Shown in pieces: positions 1-10,343 of a stretch of 64,000 bases of DNA; the stretch's first letter is position 1; every line of letters starts with the position of its first letter. This DNA comes from an uncultured Candidatus Saccharibacteria bacterium (GTDB lineage Bacteria; Patescibacteriota; Minisyncoccia; Phycocordibacterales; UBA9973): contig CAYLQJ010000001.1 in assembly GCA_964385945.1 (NCBI GenBank), positions 8,034-72,033 of the forward strand, read 5' to 3'. The notes below the pieces were generated by a model. It saw only the letters and a list, made by a program, of their open reading frames with translations, had not been told where the DNA came from and made no database searches. The translations under genes and the position numbers were made by a program.

Positions 1-444
1 TTTCACATTGATATCTATATATATTTCATTAGCTTTTGGAGTTTGAAATATACCATCTACTATAGAAAGTCCTCCATAAACCGGATAAGCATCATCGACT
101 ACTGTCATAGATACTGGAGTATTCAAGTCCCCTTTAGTGAGAATCCCCGAGAAATCATACTGACCAGAAGATTTAATCACCCCTATCTCATCACCTAAAA
201 CTGTATCTAACTGCGTTTCGGTCAATTCATAATTTGATTCGATAGATATATCTCCACCGACTAATTCTTTATTTTTATCTTCCAGGAAAAGCGAACTAGA
301 ATTCGTAAAAAGTAAAACTGTGAAAACAATGAGCGTCGTAAAAGTCAAAGACAAAAATGGCAAAACAAATTTCCTCCATTCGCGAAATAAAATACGAAAA
401 CTGTATTTAAATATTGTTTTAAAATTAAGCACGTTTAATTTCAT
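1..444 (-). CDS. ABC transporter permease (YbbP/FtsX-like), N-terminal part; runs off the window start
   Basis: Manual translation from ATG 444: MKLNVLNFKTIFKYSFRILFREWRKFVLPFLSLTFTTLIVFTVLLF...ELVGGDISIES; overlaps the end of the ABC ATPase gene. Confidence 0.75.
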   Translation of the reverse strand, partial: MKLNVLNFKTIFKYSFRILFREWRKFVLPFLSLTFTTLIVFTVLLFTNSSSLFLEDKNKELVGGDISIESNYELTETQLDTVLGDEIGVIKSSGQYDFSGILTKGDLNTPVSMTVVDDAYPVYGGLSIVDGIFQTPKANEIYIDINVK

Positions 445-1141
445 GTAAATTTTTATCTTTTAATTCAAAAATTCTATCCATCTTCTCGGCTATCTTCATG
501 TCGTGAGTTATGATTATCAAAGTTTTAGAGCGTTTTTCAACTTCTCTTAAAAGTAAATCCAAAACCATATCGCCTGTCGTACGGTCGAGACTACCTGTCG
601 GTTCATCAGCAAGTATAATATCAGTATTAGAAGCGAGAGCTCGAGCTATAGCTACTCTTTGTTTCTCTCCACCCGAGAGAGTATTCGGGAAAGAAGACTT
701 TCTTTCACTTAGTCCCACATCTGCTAATAAAGTTTTCACTGTATTTTCTATTTCTTTATTAGAAATGCCTCCTCTGATATCAAGTGGCGCTCTAATATTC
801 TCAAATGCAGTAAAAGGATTGATCAATTCAAAAGATTGAAAAATAATAGCTATCTCACGATTACGATAATCCGAGAGTTGATTTTCTGTAAGAGTATTGA
901 TAAGGGTATCTTTTACATATATTTCACCTTGAGAGACTTTATCAAGACCAGCAAGTAGAGATAAAAGCGTGGATTTACCGGAACCCGAAGAACCAATAAT
1001 AGCTATCTTTTCTCCTTGTTTGATTTCTAAATTAGTATTTTCAAAAATTACCAAAGCCGGATCAACATCAGTAAATTCTTTCTTTAAGTTTTGTATTTTT
1101 ATAATTGTATTTTTATTCATATAGTTACTACATTTTACCAT
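425..1141 (-). CDS. ABC transporter ATP-binding protein (LolD/YbbA-like)
   Basis: Walker A GSSGSGKS, signature LSGGEKQR, ILADEPTG; true start may be 1120. Confidence 0.92.
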   Translation of the reverse strand: MVKCSNYMNKNTIIKIQNLKKEFTDVDPALVIFENTNLEIKQGEKIAIIGSSGSGKSTLLSLLAGLDKVSQGEIYVKDTLINTLTENQLSDYRNREIAIIFQSFELINPFTAFENIRAPLDIRGGISNKEIENTVKTLLADVGLSERKSSFPNTLSGGEKQRVAIARALASNTDIILADEPTGSLDRTTGDMVLDLLLREVEKRSKTLIIITHDMKIAEKMDRIFELKDKNLHEIKRA

Positions 1142-1169
1142 TTTTTAACCAAATGAACAAAATTAATAT

Positions 1170-2531
1170 TTAGACACTCTCCGGTATATCGAAAATACTT
1201 TTTTCTAATTTTTCTTTCAAGAATATTTCACTAATTCTTTTACCTCCATACACAGACGGCAAAATACCTACCCCATTACAGCCCAGATTGTATAATAAAG
1301 TTTGATTCTTAGGCTCAGGTCCTATGAGTCGAATGCCATTTTTGGTATAACCCATAAGTCCATGCCAAGTATACACATAATCAATCTCTTTATTTGGTTT
1401 CGTGTCATACACAGTCTTTACAAAATTATCGATCATCTTGATCATATCTTCGGGAAATTCTTTCTTTCGGGAATAGAATGTCCCATCTTCAATATCAACT
1501 TCGGGTCCACCTATAGAAATCAAATTATAATTTTTATCTGTTTCATAATTTCTACGAGTTAAATAAAAATACGGATCGTCGGTAGTCGCGTCAGGATTCG
1601 TAAAATAACTTATAGCGATAGGATTCTTGTCCATTGGTTCTAAATACCCCGACATATATCCGATAGTACCTTTGACCAGGTGATGAAATTTAGTATCGAT
1701 ATCTAAACCTCCTTCATTTAAAATATGAAATCCTTCAAAACCATTGGTGCATAAAATAATATTTTTTGATTCTACCGTATTACTCTCAGCATCAAGGATT
1801 GCATAGTCCCCTTTTAATACAACTTTACTAATTAAAGTTTTTTCATAAAGATGGAATCTATCTCCGTATTTTTCAATTAGATAGAGTAGTACCTCCTCGC
1901 AAAACAAAGCACTATTCACGCAACCTTTTTGATATGACAAAACGGCTAGGAAACTCCTCTCTTCTGTCTCTAGTAATTCCAATATCTCTTTGTGTGGAGT
2001 TAAAGTATATAAATCTTTATACTCATTAGGTATAGTAGAAAGAAAAGGCGCATCTTCATAAATCCAGATCCTTTCTGTATCGAGTCCTCCCATTTTTCTT
2101 AAAGTGTTATTTTTTAGATGCAATAAAACTTGCTCCAAGCTAGAGAGTCCGGCATGACCCAAGAATCGAGAGAAATTAATATCCATGCGAGCGTCGGTAT
2201 ACATCTCATCAAGTAGATTCCAAGCATCTTCTATGTCTTTCTGACCGCGACTAGCAAGCTCAAGCCCAAAGCTATCCACCAGGCTAGCAAACCCTCTCTC
2301 AAAATAACTCACCACCTGACCTGCATTGTGTCCCGTCGCCCCATGAGCTAATTTATTTTTCTCTAAAATCACAACATTCTTATCAGTATATTTCAGCAAG
2401 AAAAAAGCAGTGGAAATACCAGCAATTCCCCCTCCCATTATCGCAATATCAGTTTTTATATCTTGTTCTAATTTAAAATGAACTCTATCTTTGCGTAATT
2501 GAGTCAGCCAAGGTGATTTATTTTCTTTCAT
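1170..2531 (-). CDS. FAD-dependent oxidoreductase (DAO/PuuB-like)
   Basis: GGGIAG dinucleotide-binding motif, GATGHNAG, C-terminal GCNGVG. Confidence 0.85.
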   Translation of the reverse strand: MKENKSPWLTQLRKDRVHFKLEQDIKTDIAIMGGGIAGISTAFFLLKYTDKNVVILEKNKLAHGATGHNAGQVVSYFERGFASLVDSFGLELASRGQKDIEDAWNLLDEMYTDARMDINFSRFLGHAGLSSLEQVLLHLKNNTLRKMGGLDTERIWIYEDAPFLSTIPNEYKDLYTLTPHKEILELLETEERSFLAVLSYQKGCVNSALFCEEVLLYLIEKYGDRFHLYEKTLISKVVLKGDYAILDAESNTVESKNIILCTNGFEGFHILNEGGLDIDTKFHHLVKGTIGYMSGYLEPMDKNPIAISYFTNPDATTDDPYFYLTRRNYETDKNYNLISIGGPEVDIEDGTFYSRKKEFPEDMIKMIDNFVKTVYDTKPNKEIDYVYTWHGLMGYTKNGIRLIGPEPKNQTLLYNLGCNGVGILPSVYGGKRISEIFLKEKLEKSIFDIPESV

Positions 2532-2566
2532 GAATTTATTATAACCAAAAATACTGGATATTAAAA

Positions 2567-3292
2567 TTACTTAACATTATCGAGAAGTCTCTGCTCCACC
2601 GCGGTAACATCAAAGTATCCGCTATCTAAAATAATAGTTTGTAACTTTTTCTCATAACCCGTAGCAATAAGGATTCCTAAAATCACAAAAATGATTCCTA
2701 GAATTCTTTTGAAATTACCTCTACCATCAGAGAGTACTCCCAAGCGATTTGAAAACTTTTGACCAAGTAATGCTATCAATAATAGTACGATAGATAAACC
2801 TAAAACGTAGGCAAGAATATAAGTTGCTCCTAAGAAAAATGATACTGGCAAGACGGTCGCTAGTATCACGAAATATGTCGGTGAACAAGTAGAAAATATT
2901 GGACCTAGAGCAAAACCGATAAGTACATCACCCCAGAAACTCTTCTTCTGATATCCGGTGCCGAGTAATTTATTGGCTCCGATAGATACTTTTGAAATTC
3001 CAGGAATACTTTCCCAAATGCTCGGAAAAACTAAAGTTATACCAAACAATATCAAAATCCCTCCTGAGATATAAGTCCAGACTTCTGGCGCAATCGATAC
3101 ACACATGGCCGAAGCTTTAAGAAGAAAAGTAAAAAGAATTATAGATAAAGCCAAAGATCCTACTACTATATACGGAGTATACTTACTACGACCACTAGCC
3201 GAAGAACCTACCACTACCGGCAATAGAGGTAAAATGCACGGAGCGAGGACTGTGAGCGCTCCAGCAATAAAAGATATAACAAGTAGGGTCAT
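2567..3292 (-). CDS. ccdA: CcdA/DsbD-family transmembrane electron transporter
   Basis: LAPCILPLLP and STCSP cysteine motifs; about 6 hydrophobic segments. Confidence 0.88.
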   Translation of the reverse strand: MTLLVISFIAGALTVLAPCILPLLPVVVGSSASGRSKYTPYIVVGSLALSIILFTFLLKASAMCVSIAPEVWTYISGGILILFGITLVFPSIWESIPGISKVSIGANKLLGTGYQKKSFWGDVLIGFALGPIFSTCSPTYFVILATVLPVSFFLGATYILAYVLGLSIVLLLIALLGQKFSNRLGVLSDGRGNFKRILGIIFVILGILIATGYEKKLQTIILDSGYFDVTAVEQRLLDNVK

Positions 3293-3847
3293 TTATTTTA
3301 TTTCAGCTAGCAAGCTATTAAGACTTCGAGAACCTTGCCATTTTTTAATCATATTTCCTTGTGAATCAACTTCTACTAGAGTGTGTTGATATGTGACTCC
3401 GTATTTAGCTTTCAAATCTTTGGAATTATCATAGTTCACGTCGAGGATAGTCACTCCATTGGGAATATTTGAAATGTTTGCTTTAATATCTTTATCAAGC
3501 GTACGACAAGTCGGGCACCAAGATGCACGGAAGAAAAGTATTACATGACCATCATTTGCATAGGCCAATTTAGAAGAATCATAAGCTTCATATGAACCAG
3601 TTCGAGGAGCGACTAAGGTAGTTGTATTTTCTATTTTTGTAGCTACTGTTGGATTCGTATTAGTAGCAGTATTTGTATCTTCCACAGCAAGCTCACTTTC
3701 TTCTTGATTCAAATTAGTATTTTGTTGTTGTTCTTGTTTTACTTCTGGAATGAAAACTTCACTTTCTTTAAATTCTAAAGTATATATCTTGTATCCAACC
3801 AAGATAATTATAACAATAGATACCACAATCATCATATTTTTACTCAT
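3293..3847 (-). CDS. Membrane-anchored thioredoxin-family protein
   Basis: N-terminal TM anchor; WCPTC active site. Confidence 0.88.
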   Translation of the reverse strand: MSKNMMIVVSIVIIILVGYKIYTLEFKESEVFIPEVKQEQQQNTNLNQEESELAVEDTNTATNTNPTVATKIENTTTLVAPRTGSYEAYDSSKLAYANDGHVILFFRASWCPTCRTLDKDIKANISNIPNGVTILDVNYDNSKDLKAKYGVTYQHTLVEVDSQGNMIKKWQGSRSLNSLLAEIK

Positions 3848-3917
3848 AATATTTTCAAATTTATTTAATACTTTTAATATACCTATTGTATAAAATAGAG
3901 ACGAATAAGTAAAATCC

Positions 3918-4610
3918 TTAGATTGATGTTTCTTGGTCTTGCAAGAATTTAATAGCTGCGTCTCTACCCCAAGTCTCTTCTACAAAACCTTTTCTACCAG
4001 AAGCTTTTTTATACAGTTCATAATGAATCGAAGATTTTTTATAATAATCTTGATGATATTCTTCGGCTTTAAAAAAGTTAGTAAATTCAATTATCGGAGT
4101 AGCTATAGGTTTATCAAAAAGGCCACTCTCTTCTAAGCGCTTTTTTGAATCTAGAGCTATTTCTTTTTGCTCTTCTGTGTGATAAAAAATAGCTGTAGTG
4201 TATTGTGCTCCTGTATCAGCAAATTGACCTTTTGCATTCGTAGGATCTATATGAGACCAATAAATATCCAAAATTTTCTTAGTTGATATTATACTAGGAT
4301 CGTAAGTCACTTCTACGGCTTCTCTGTGAGCAGTTTCACCTGTTGATACTTTTAAATAAGAAGCGTCTTCTTCGCTTCCTCCAGCATAACCCGAAATAGA
4401 ATCTATAACTCCCGGCTCTTCTTGAAAATACGCTTCCGTACACCAAAAGCATCCTCCCGCTAGAGTTATAACTTCATAAGTTTTATTTGGATCCCTTAAT
4501 TGATTATTAGGTATACTTTTATTTGTGTTTATATTGATTCTTGAAATAAATAAAAATATTAAAAATATTACAGGAAAGATTAGATAAAGGTAATATTTGT
4601 TTAATTTCAT
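3918..4610 (-). CDS. msrA: Peptide-methionine (S)-S-oxide reductase MsrA with N-terminal membrane anchor
   Basis: AGGCFWC and AEEYHQDYY motifs. Confidence 0.95.
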   Translation of the reverse strand: MKLNKYYLYLIFPVIFLIFLFISRININTNKSIPNNQLRDPNKTYEVITLAGGCFWCTEAYFQEEPGVIDSISGYAGGSEEDASYLKVSTGETAHREAVEVTYDPSIISTKKILDIYWSHIDPTNAKGQFADTGAQYTTAIFYHTEEQKEIALDSKKRLEESGLFDKPIATPIIEFTNFFKAEEYHQDYYKKSSIHYELYKKASGRKGFVEETWGRDAAIKFLQDQETSI

Positions 4611-4665
4611 TATTTGATTATAGCATCAATTTTTTTATTGATTAAATATAGATAGTATTTTTAGA

Positions 4666-5121
4666 TTATTTAAAACTACAAGTCAAAACACATTGTAGTG
4701 TGCAAACTTCAGCGTCTTTATCATGCCTACAAGCCGACGCACATCCGTTCCATTCTCCTCCACGAGCCACACACATATTTTCTGAGAAAGAATTAATCTC
4801 ACAAATATTACCAGTCGCATACCATACTCCGGAATTAGATTCACATTCAGTTTTATTTTTAATATTTAATTTTTGATTCGGTTCACCTTTATCTATTATT
4901 ACTTCTTTATCTGGAACAATATTTGTATCAATATCATTTTCATTAATAATAGGACTTGATTCTACTTCTTCATTATTTATATCTTCTACTACTAATGAAG
5001 GATCAACTACTTGATTCTTAAAGTCAAAAACATAAATTTTAAAAATAAAGAATAATATACCAAATACTAGCAAAGCCAAGAGGACTAAGCCTCTCCCCAT
5101 AAAAAAATTTCTTAATGTCAT
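4666..5121 (-). CDS. Hypothetical membrane-anchored protein with Cys-rich C-terminal domain
   Basis: N-terminal TM; CxxxxGxW repeated; 8 Cys. Confidence 0.7.
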   Translation of the reverse strand: MTLRNFFMGRGLVLLALLVFGILFFIFKIYVFDFKNQVVDPSLVVEDINNEEVESSPIINENDIDTNIVPDKEVIIDKGEPNQKLNIKNKTECESNSGVWYATGNICEINSFSENMCVARGGEWNGCASACRHDKDAEVCTLQCVLTCSFK

Positions 5122-5166
5122 AATCTACATTATAACATGATTTATTAGATAATATAAAACTGCACT

Positions 5167-5415
5167 TTAACGATGAGGGCAACCTGCAAAACAACAAGGT
5201 CTTTTCTTGCCTGTTTTCAATTCTTCTATAGCTCTCTCTAGTCTACGCTCTCTCGTCTCTGTTTTTTTAGCCGAAATAATCCAGCATATCCATTCATTCT
5301 GAGCGAGTTCGGTCACCTGCCCCCAAGCTTGTTTTGATTTAGAATCCTGAGCTAAAGCTAATTTAAAATCTTTCGGCATTGTATGTAATTTTTCTTTTTT
5401 AAGCATAGTTTTCAC
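5167..5415 (-). CDS. YdeI/OmpD-associated family protein
   Basis: PxDFxxAL...EWICWIxSAKKxETRERR...RPCC pattern. Confidence 0.8.
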   Translation of the reverse strand: MKTMLKKEKLHTMPKDFKLALAQDSKSKQAWGQVTELAQNEWICWIISAKKTETRERRLERAIEELKTGKKRPCCFAGCPHR

Positions 5416-5417
5416 TA

Positions 5418-5909
5418 CTACTCCTTAGGAGGTGTATCGAATCCAGCCCAAGCGTTGCTCGTACCTATATTAGAAACACCATTTGCTTTGATGTACAAAA
5501 AAAGTTGCATTTTATAAGCTGTAATCCATTTTAAAGCATTTAATAAATGCATTGAGAGTTTATCGCTCATACCGAAAAAAGATGCTTCTTTTTCTAGTTG
5601 TTCAGAAGTTAATAAATTTATTTGTTCGGTAACTACTTTTATTTGTTCATCTATTTTTGAAATAAAATTCTCAGCATTTACCGTATCCTTTGCTTTGGAA
5701 AGTTCCATATAATCATTTTTTATAGGATCCAAAAAGGACATTATTGCTGTTACTGAGATATGTCCTAAATATTGCATCAGCTCTAAAGTAGAACGTTGCT
5801 TCTCTGACGGTCGATACTCGAGCATCTCTGGTGTTATTTTCTCTGCTAAATGTTTAATAATTTCTAACTCCTTAACGAAACTTTTAATATACTGTTCTTT
5901 TGTAATCAT
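5418..5909 (-). CDS. DinB/YfiT-like helical bundle protein
   Basis: LEYRPSEKQRSTLELMQYL...AYKMQLFLYIK pattern. Confidence 0.65.
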   Translation of the reverse strand: MITKEQYIKSFVKELEIIKHLAEKITPEMLEYRPSEKQRSTLELMQYLGHISVTAIMSFLDPIKNDYMELSKAKDTVNAENFISKIDEQIKVVTEQINLLTSEQLEKEASFFGMSDKLSMHLLNALKWITAYKMQLFLYIKANGVSNIGTSNAWAGFDTPPKE

Positions 5910-6032
5910 GTGAATATCATAGCATAAAAATACTTAAGGTACTCTCGTTATATTCCCAATCTTGACTTTTAATACAAAGTATTATATAAATTAAAAAGAT
6001 TTTGATTTTTAATTTATAAAACAATAAAAAAA

Positions 6033-6332
6033 ATGGATAGAGTATGTATCGTAAAAGCAGTTAACTATTGGGGCAGTTTTTTTACCGAGCTGAGACCTGA
6101 CAAGGTCGATGATTTTAAAAAAGATATTATAGATTTGCTGGAAGAAGAACTTTCTGTAGGAAATACAGTTATCTTAAGTACAGATTCAGGCCCAAAAGGT
6201 CCTTTGATTAAATTTTTAAATGATAATGGTTTACCTACAAATTATTTTCCTAATCAAACGGTAATGAATGTAAAGACCGATCAGATTACTGTAAGAGAAT
6301 CAGGGAAAGAAGTCCTGAGGTACCCAAATTAA
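6033..6332 (+). CDS. Hypothetical protein (paralog of 14934..15323)
   Basis: ORF with its own upstream TTGACT promoter and downstream terminator; shares KAVNYW and spaced motifs with 14934..15323. Confidence 0.75.
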   Translation: MDRVCIVKAVNYWGSFFTELRPDKVDDFKKDIIDLLEEELSVGNTVILSTDSGPKGPLIKFLNDNGLPTNYFPNQTVMNVKTDQITVRESGKEVLRYPN

Positions 6333-6353
6333 AAAACAAAAATATTTTGTTTT

Positions 6354-6384
6354 AAAAGCCCTTTCGTTAATGGAAGGGCTTTTT
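6354..6384. terminator. Bidirectional intrinsic terminator
   Basis: AAAAGCCCTTTC-gttaatg-GAAGGGCTTTTT between convergent genes. Confidence 0.75.
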
Positions 6385-6409
6385 ATTTTTCAAAAAAATT
6401 AAATTAAGA

Positions 6410-7198
6410 TTATTTTAGAATATCCTTTTTATAATGTTTTAAATACGCGACTAAAATAAAACTAATGATAACCAATAAGAACCATGAAGTTATCTTGGAC
6501 GTTGAGACTACGGACCATTCGTGAACCTGACTCGGGTATTTCCAGGCACCGAAATACGTAGCGATATTCTCTGCGATCCAGATAAAGAAAGCAATCAGCA
6601 GAAAGGCGACGTTCATATGCATAGACCAAACTTTATTAGTCACAATGAAGTTCACTTTAGTTTTGAAAAATAAAATAAAAACAGCCAGAATTAAAAACCA
6701 ACGGACATCATATACATAATGATTAGTAAAGAAGTTTAAGTAAATCAAGGCACACAAAACAACACTAAGAAAATAATATTTATAATTCACGAGTTCTAAT
6801 TTCATAATCTTCCATGACTGACTAATGTAACTCCCCACAGCTGCGTACATGAACCCACTATATAAAGGCACCGTAGCAATTTTCAAAAACCCGTCTTCGG
6901 GATAACTCCAAGAAGCGACCTCTGGGCTCGTCTTATAGAGTTCGAGTACTAGCCCGATAATATGAAAAAGGAATATTACTTTAACTTCATCTTTGGTTTC
7001 TAGTTTTGTAAAATATAGAATTATTTGAATGACAACGGCTGAGATAAAAAGAAAATCATAGCGAGCAAAATTTCCTAAAGGAATATAATTTGAAATAAAA
7101 AGTAAAACAAAAAACAAGCCCGCGAATATAGAGGCTCGGGCTTGTTTGATACCAAAAATCCAAAATTCGTAAATATAATTTTTAAACTTTTTCTGCAT
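6410..7198 (-). CDS. DUF817 (YoaT-like) membrane protein
   Basis: FGIKQARA, RYDFL, VPLYSGFMYAAVGSY, FIWIAENI motifs. Confidence 0.85.
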   Translation of the reverse strand: MQKKFKNYIYEFWIFGIKQARASIFAGLFFVLLFISNYIPLGNFARYDFLFISAVVIQIILYFTKLETKDEVKVIFLFHIIGLVLELYKTSPEVASWSYPEDGFLKIATVPLYSGFMYAAVGSYISQSWKIMKLELVNYKYYFLSVVLCALIYLNFFTNHYVYDVRWFLILAVFILFFKTKVNFIVTNKVWSMHMNVAFLLIAFFIWIAENIATYFGAWKYPSQVHEWSVVSTSKITSWFLLVIISFILVAYLKHYKKDILK

Positions 7199-7204
7199 AA
7201 TTTT

Positions 7205-7564
7205 TTATTTTTCAGACTCTTCTTTAAGTCTTGATTTAATTATTTTAGTAATTAAAGTTACAGGTAAAGGTTTATCGTAAGGGAATCTAATACAACCTTT
7301 TGAATAGCTAATCCCCTTTTTTACTAGCTCATCTTCAAAAGGCTTTATTCCTGAAGGGCTAGGATAGAAACCAAGATGCCCTTTCATAGCAGCGTAATGC
7401 ACAAAGTTCTTGCCATTCAGTTCTACAGTAGGTATACCGTATTTAATAGATTCCACACCGCGAGGAATGAACTTATTCACCAAAGCCCGCATTTCTTTAA
7501 GCTTAGGTAAAAAATCTTTCGGTGTGTCTTTTATGTATTCATTTATATTTTTGTAGGATTTCAT
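7205..7564 (-). CDS. DUF1801 (YdhG-like) protein
   Basis: INEYI...ESIKYGIPT...HLGFYP...SKGCIRFPYDKPLP. Confidence 0.85.
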   Translation of the reverse strand: MKSYKNINEYIKDTPKDFLPKLKEMRALVNKFIPRGVESIKYGIPTVELNGKNFVHYAAMKGHLGFYPSPSGIKPFEDELVKKGISYSKGCIRFPYDKPLPVTLITKIIKSRLKEESEK

Positions 7565-7568
7565 AAGA

Positions 7569-8420
7569 TTAATTTACTTTAAATAAATGTTTAGAAATAA
7601 ATAAGGTTACCCATGTCGCAAGGACGAAAGGTGCTGTCAAAGCTATTACTCCTAATTTATTAAACATAATTAAAAATACTACCGACAAAACAACAGCAAT
7701 GCTTGCAAAAACTAAAGCATTTTTCTTTTCAGTAAATGCCATACTTGCAAGTATCGCATTATAACCAAACAGACCAAGATTAATAGCAAGTACAGGAAGA
7801 GCGAAAACATAACCAATAATCAAACTCAAAATAGAACCATACAAAGCATAGTAAAAATATTTTGGTGAATTAATAAAAATACCTAGAATAAAAAACAATC
7901 CTGTTATTATATTATCTTGAAACATAACTTCTCCGAAGCCCTTAGCTGTTGATTCAAAAATATTTATTTTATCAGCAAAAATACTAGGTGAAGTTAGGAA
8001 ATAATCTGGAAAGAAATATAAAAGAATATAAATAATAATCCATGTTGATATTACAAATGCAGAAGTATAAGCAGGTATTCTCTTTTTTATAAGATTCATC
8101 AGTAAAGATGATATAAATGCACCAACAATTACTCCAACAAGACCTATATAATTAATTTGAAAGAAAAATAAAATTGCTATTCCCACCAAAGTACCATTAA
8201 AACCATAAAGACCGTTTTGAATATCATCCCTGTCATAACCCAATATTTTCGCCGAAAAAGTACTAATAAAATTTCCCAAAATAGCTCCTACTCCCAAAAT
8301 CCAAGAATTAAAGAAAATACCAACCAAAAACAATAATCCCGTCCATGTATTATTTTGGAAAAATACTTGACCAAAACCTTTTAAAATTATTTTCATATTG
8401 TTCATAAAAATATTATACAT
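7569..8420 (-). CDS. Urea transporter (UT/Yut family)
   Basis: Duplicated GFGQVFFQ/GFGEVMFQ and GLYGFNG/GLFGYNA motifs. Confidence 0.9.
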   Translation of the reverse strand: MYNIFMNNMKIILKGFGQVFFQNNTWTGLLFLVGIFFNSWILGVGAILGNFISTFSAKILGYDRDDIQNGLYGFNGTLVGIAILFFFQINYIGLVGVIVGAFISSLLMNLIKKRIPAYTSAFVISTWIIIYILLYFFPDYFLTSPSIFADKINIFESTAKGFGEVMFQDNIITGLFFILGIFINSPKYFYYALYGSILSLIIGYVFALPVLAINLGLFGYNAILASMAFTEKKNALVFASIAVVLSVVFLIMFNKLGVIALTAPFVLATWVTLFISKHLFKVN

Positions 8421-9369
8421 TATTTATGTTTTCCGGACGTCCAACGTCCGGATACACTATTTGTAAAACAACATTACCTTTCTTTCTACCAGTATCGACG
8501 TATGTGTGAGCCTCCACGATTTCGTTCATGGTAAATGTCTTGTCTATTACTGCTTGATATTTACCATCCTCATATAATTTCTTGAGTAGTTCTAATTGCT
8601 CTTTACTATCAGAAGCAACATCAAATCCTTCGACGGTTATATATACACCATTGTCATTTAAAAGATGAACACATTCCTTTTTAGAAGTTTTACCAACAGC
8701 GTCAAATATAATATCAAAAGTGTCTTTTTGTTTAGTAAAATCTTCCTTATCATATTGGATAACGTGATCTGCCCCTAAATTACGCGCTAATTCAAATCCA
8801 TCAGAACTACAAACTGTAGTAACTTCTGCTCCATAATATTTAGCTATTTGTATAGCAGAAGTCCCTACTGCTCCAGTACCTCCAATAACTAAAATTTTAA
8901 GACCAGTTCTTTTACTTATCCCAGCCTTATTCAAAAAATAGATAGCTGTCTGTCCACCAAAAACCAAAGAAGCAGCTTGATCAAATGAAGCATTTTTGGG
9001 AATTATTATAACTGCACTTTTTTCATTAACAGTAATATACTCTGCATAAGTACCAAATTTAAAACCAGTTGCACCAAATACATGGTCCCCAATTTTAAAA
9101 TCTGAAACCTGACTACCAACACTTTCAACAATACCTGAAAATACAGTTCCTAATATTGGTTGTCTTGGTTTGGAAAAACCTAAAACAAATCTCATTACTA
9201 TTTTCATGAATCCTTCGACTCTAAGTGCCCTGACTCTAACATCACCAGAATTTACAGTAGTGCTCATTATTTTAACTAGAATTTCATTATTTTTTAGAGT
9301 AGGTTTATCTACTTCATGAATTTCTAAAACCTCCGGTGGTCCATACTTTGTACAAATTATTGCTTTCAT
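8413..9369 (-). CDS. NAD(P)-dependent MDR-family oxidoreductase (quinone reductase/alcohol dehydrogenase-like)
   Basis: MKAIICTKYGPPEVL start, GGTGAVG, GRKKGNVV; ATG 9369 lies 6 nt after TATACT. Confidence 0.88.
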   Translation of the reverse strand: MKAIICTKYGPPEVLEIHEVDKPTLKNNEILVKIMSTTVNSGDVRVRALRVEGFMKIVMRFVLGFSKPRQPILGTVFSGIVESVGSQVSDFKIGDHVFGATGFKFGTYAEYITVNEKSAVIIIPKNASFDQAASLVFGGQTAIYFLNKAGISKRTGLKILVIGGTGAVGTSAIQIAKYYGAEVTTVCSSDGFELARNLGADHVIQYDKEDFTKQKDTFDIIFDAVGKTSKKECVHLLNDNGVYITVEGFDVASDSKEQLELLKKLYEDGKYQAVIDKTFTMNEIVEAHTYVDTGRKKGNVVLQIVYPDVGRPENINNV

Positions 9370-9410
9370 TTGTACAGTATAACAGAAATTTAAACTCAAA
9401 GTTTATTGTT

Positions 9411-9884
9411 TTAAACTAGCTCATCGCGAATCTTCATCCAAATATTACCCAACATGCTAATTCCGTCTTTATTTGGTCCAAGACCCCAAAAGCTATCTAC
9501 GGGTGAATTTTCAGCTATTCTTCTATTCCCTGTTCTTTTCAGAGCGTCTCTGACGTCTTCATGTTGAGAGAATTTAGCTCTCAGTATTTCTCACATTATT
9601 CCTACTTTTATATCCGCCCAGTTTTTCGGTTTCTTGTCCTTATTGGCTTGAGTAATTTTTGCCACCATATATGGACTTACTGCATTTAAAATCTCTGTTC
9701 CGATAGCGGGCTCTACTTCGGAGAATTTTTTCCACTGAAAAGCATGCTCTGAGGTTGGGAAATTATTATTCCAAATATTCACTCTGTGTGGAGACCAATT
9801 ATTTAATGGTTCAAAAGGAACAGTAAAAAAATATACTCCTTCGTCTGTTTCTTGATTTAAACCTTCACTGGAATCTGGATACAT
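9411..9884 (-). pseudogene. NADAR (YbiA-like) family gene interrupted by an in-frame TGA at 9591-9593
   Basis: FPTSEHAFQWKKF...KVGIM*EILRAKFSQHEDVRDALKRTGNRRIAENSPVDSFWGLG...LGNIWMKIRDELV*; frame stays open after the TGA. Confidence 0.85.
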
Positions 9885-9891
9885 ATTTTTA

Positions 9892-10329
9892 TTATATCAA
9901 ACTACATTTAATAAGCTTAGTAATTTGAATAAGTTCATCATCAGGAGAAATTTGAGTCCGTGCTCCAGGGCGATATAAAAATTCCCTAGGTTCGTATTGA
10001 TAAACTCCAGCATCACCTTGTTTTCTTGGAATTACATGTAAATGAAAATGTTCAACAGATTGACCTCCAATTTTTTCTTCATTCCATGCATAATTAAAAC
10101 CTTCTGCATTTAAAACTTTTTTTAAAGAAGTTTTTAAAATCCCTCTTAATTTTTCAATCGCTTGTATTTCTTCTAAAGAATGATCTTCATAATACTTAAT
10201 ATGTCTTTTTGGAGATATTAAAATGTGGCCTGGAACAATAGGAGTATGTGTAAGAAAAGCAAAAGCTAAATCATTTTCTATAATAATTCTATTACTTAAA
10301 TCTTCTCTTTTACAAAATTGGCAATCCAT
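9892..10329 (-). CDS. HIT family hydrolase
   Basis: CQFC, PGH, GQSVEHFHLHVIPR histidine triad. Confidence 0.93.
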   Translation of the reverse strand: MDCQFCKREDLSNRIIIENDLAFAFLTHTPIVPGHILISPKRHIKYYEDHSLEEIQAIEKLRGILKTSLKKVLNAEGFNYAWNEEKIGGQSVEHFHLHVIPRKQGDAGVYQYEPREFLYRPGARTQISPDDELIQITKLIKCSLI

Positions 10330-10343
10330 ATTATTTCAATAAC

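Noticed and set aside
9591-9593. Genetic code 25 (UGA=Gly)
   Set aside because: Long genes are open under code 11 and TGA terminates several genes.
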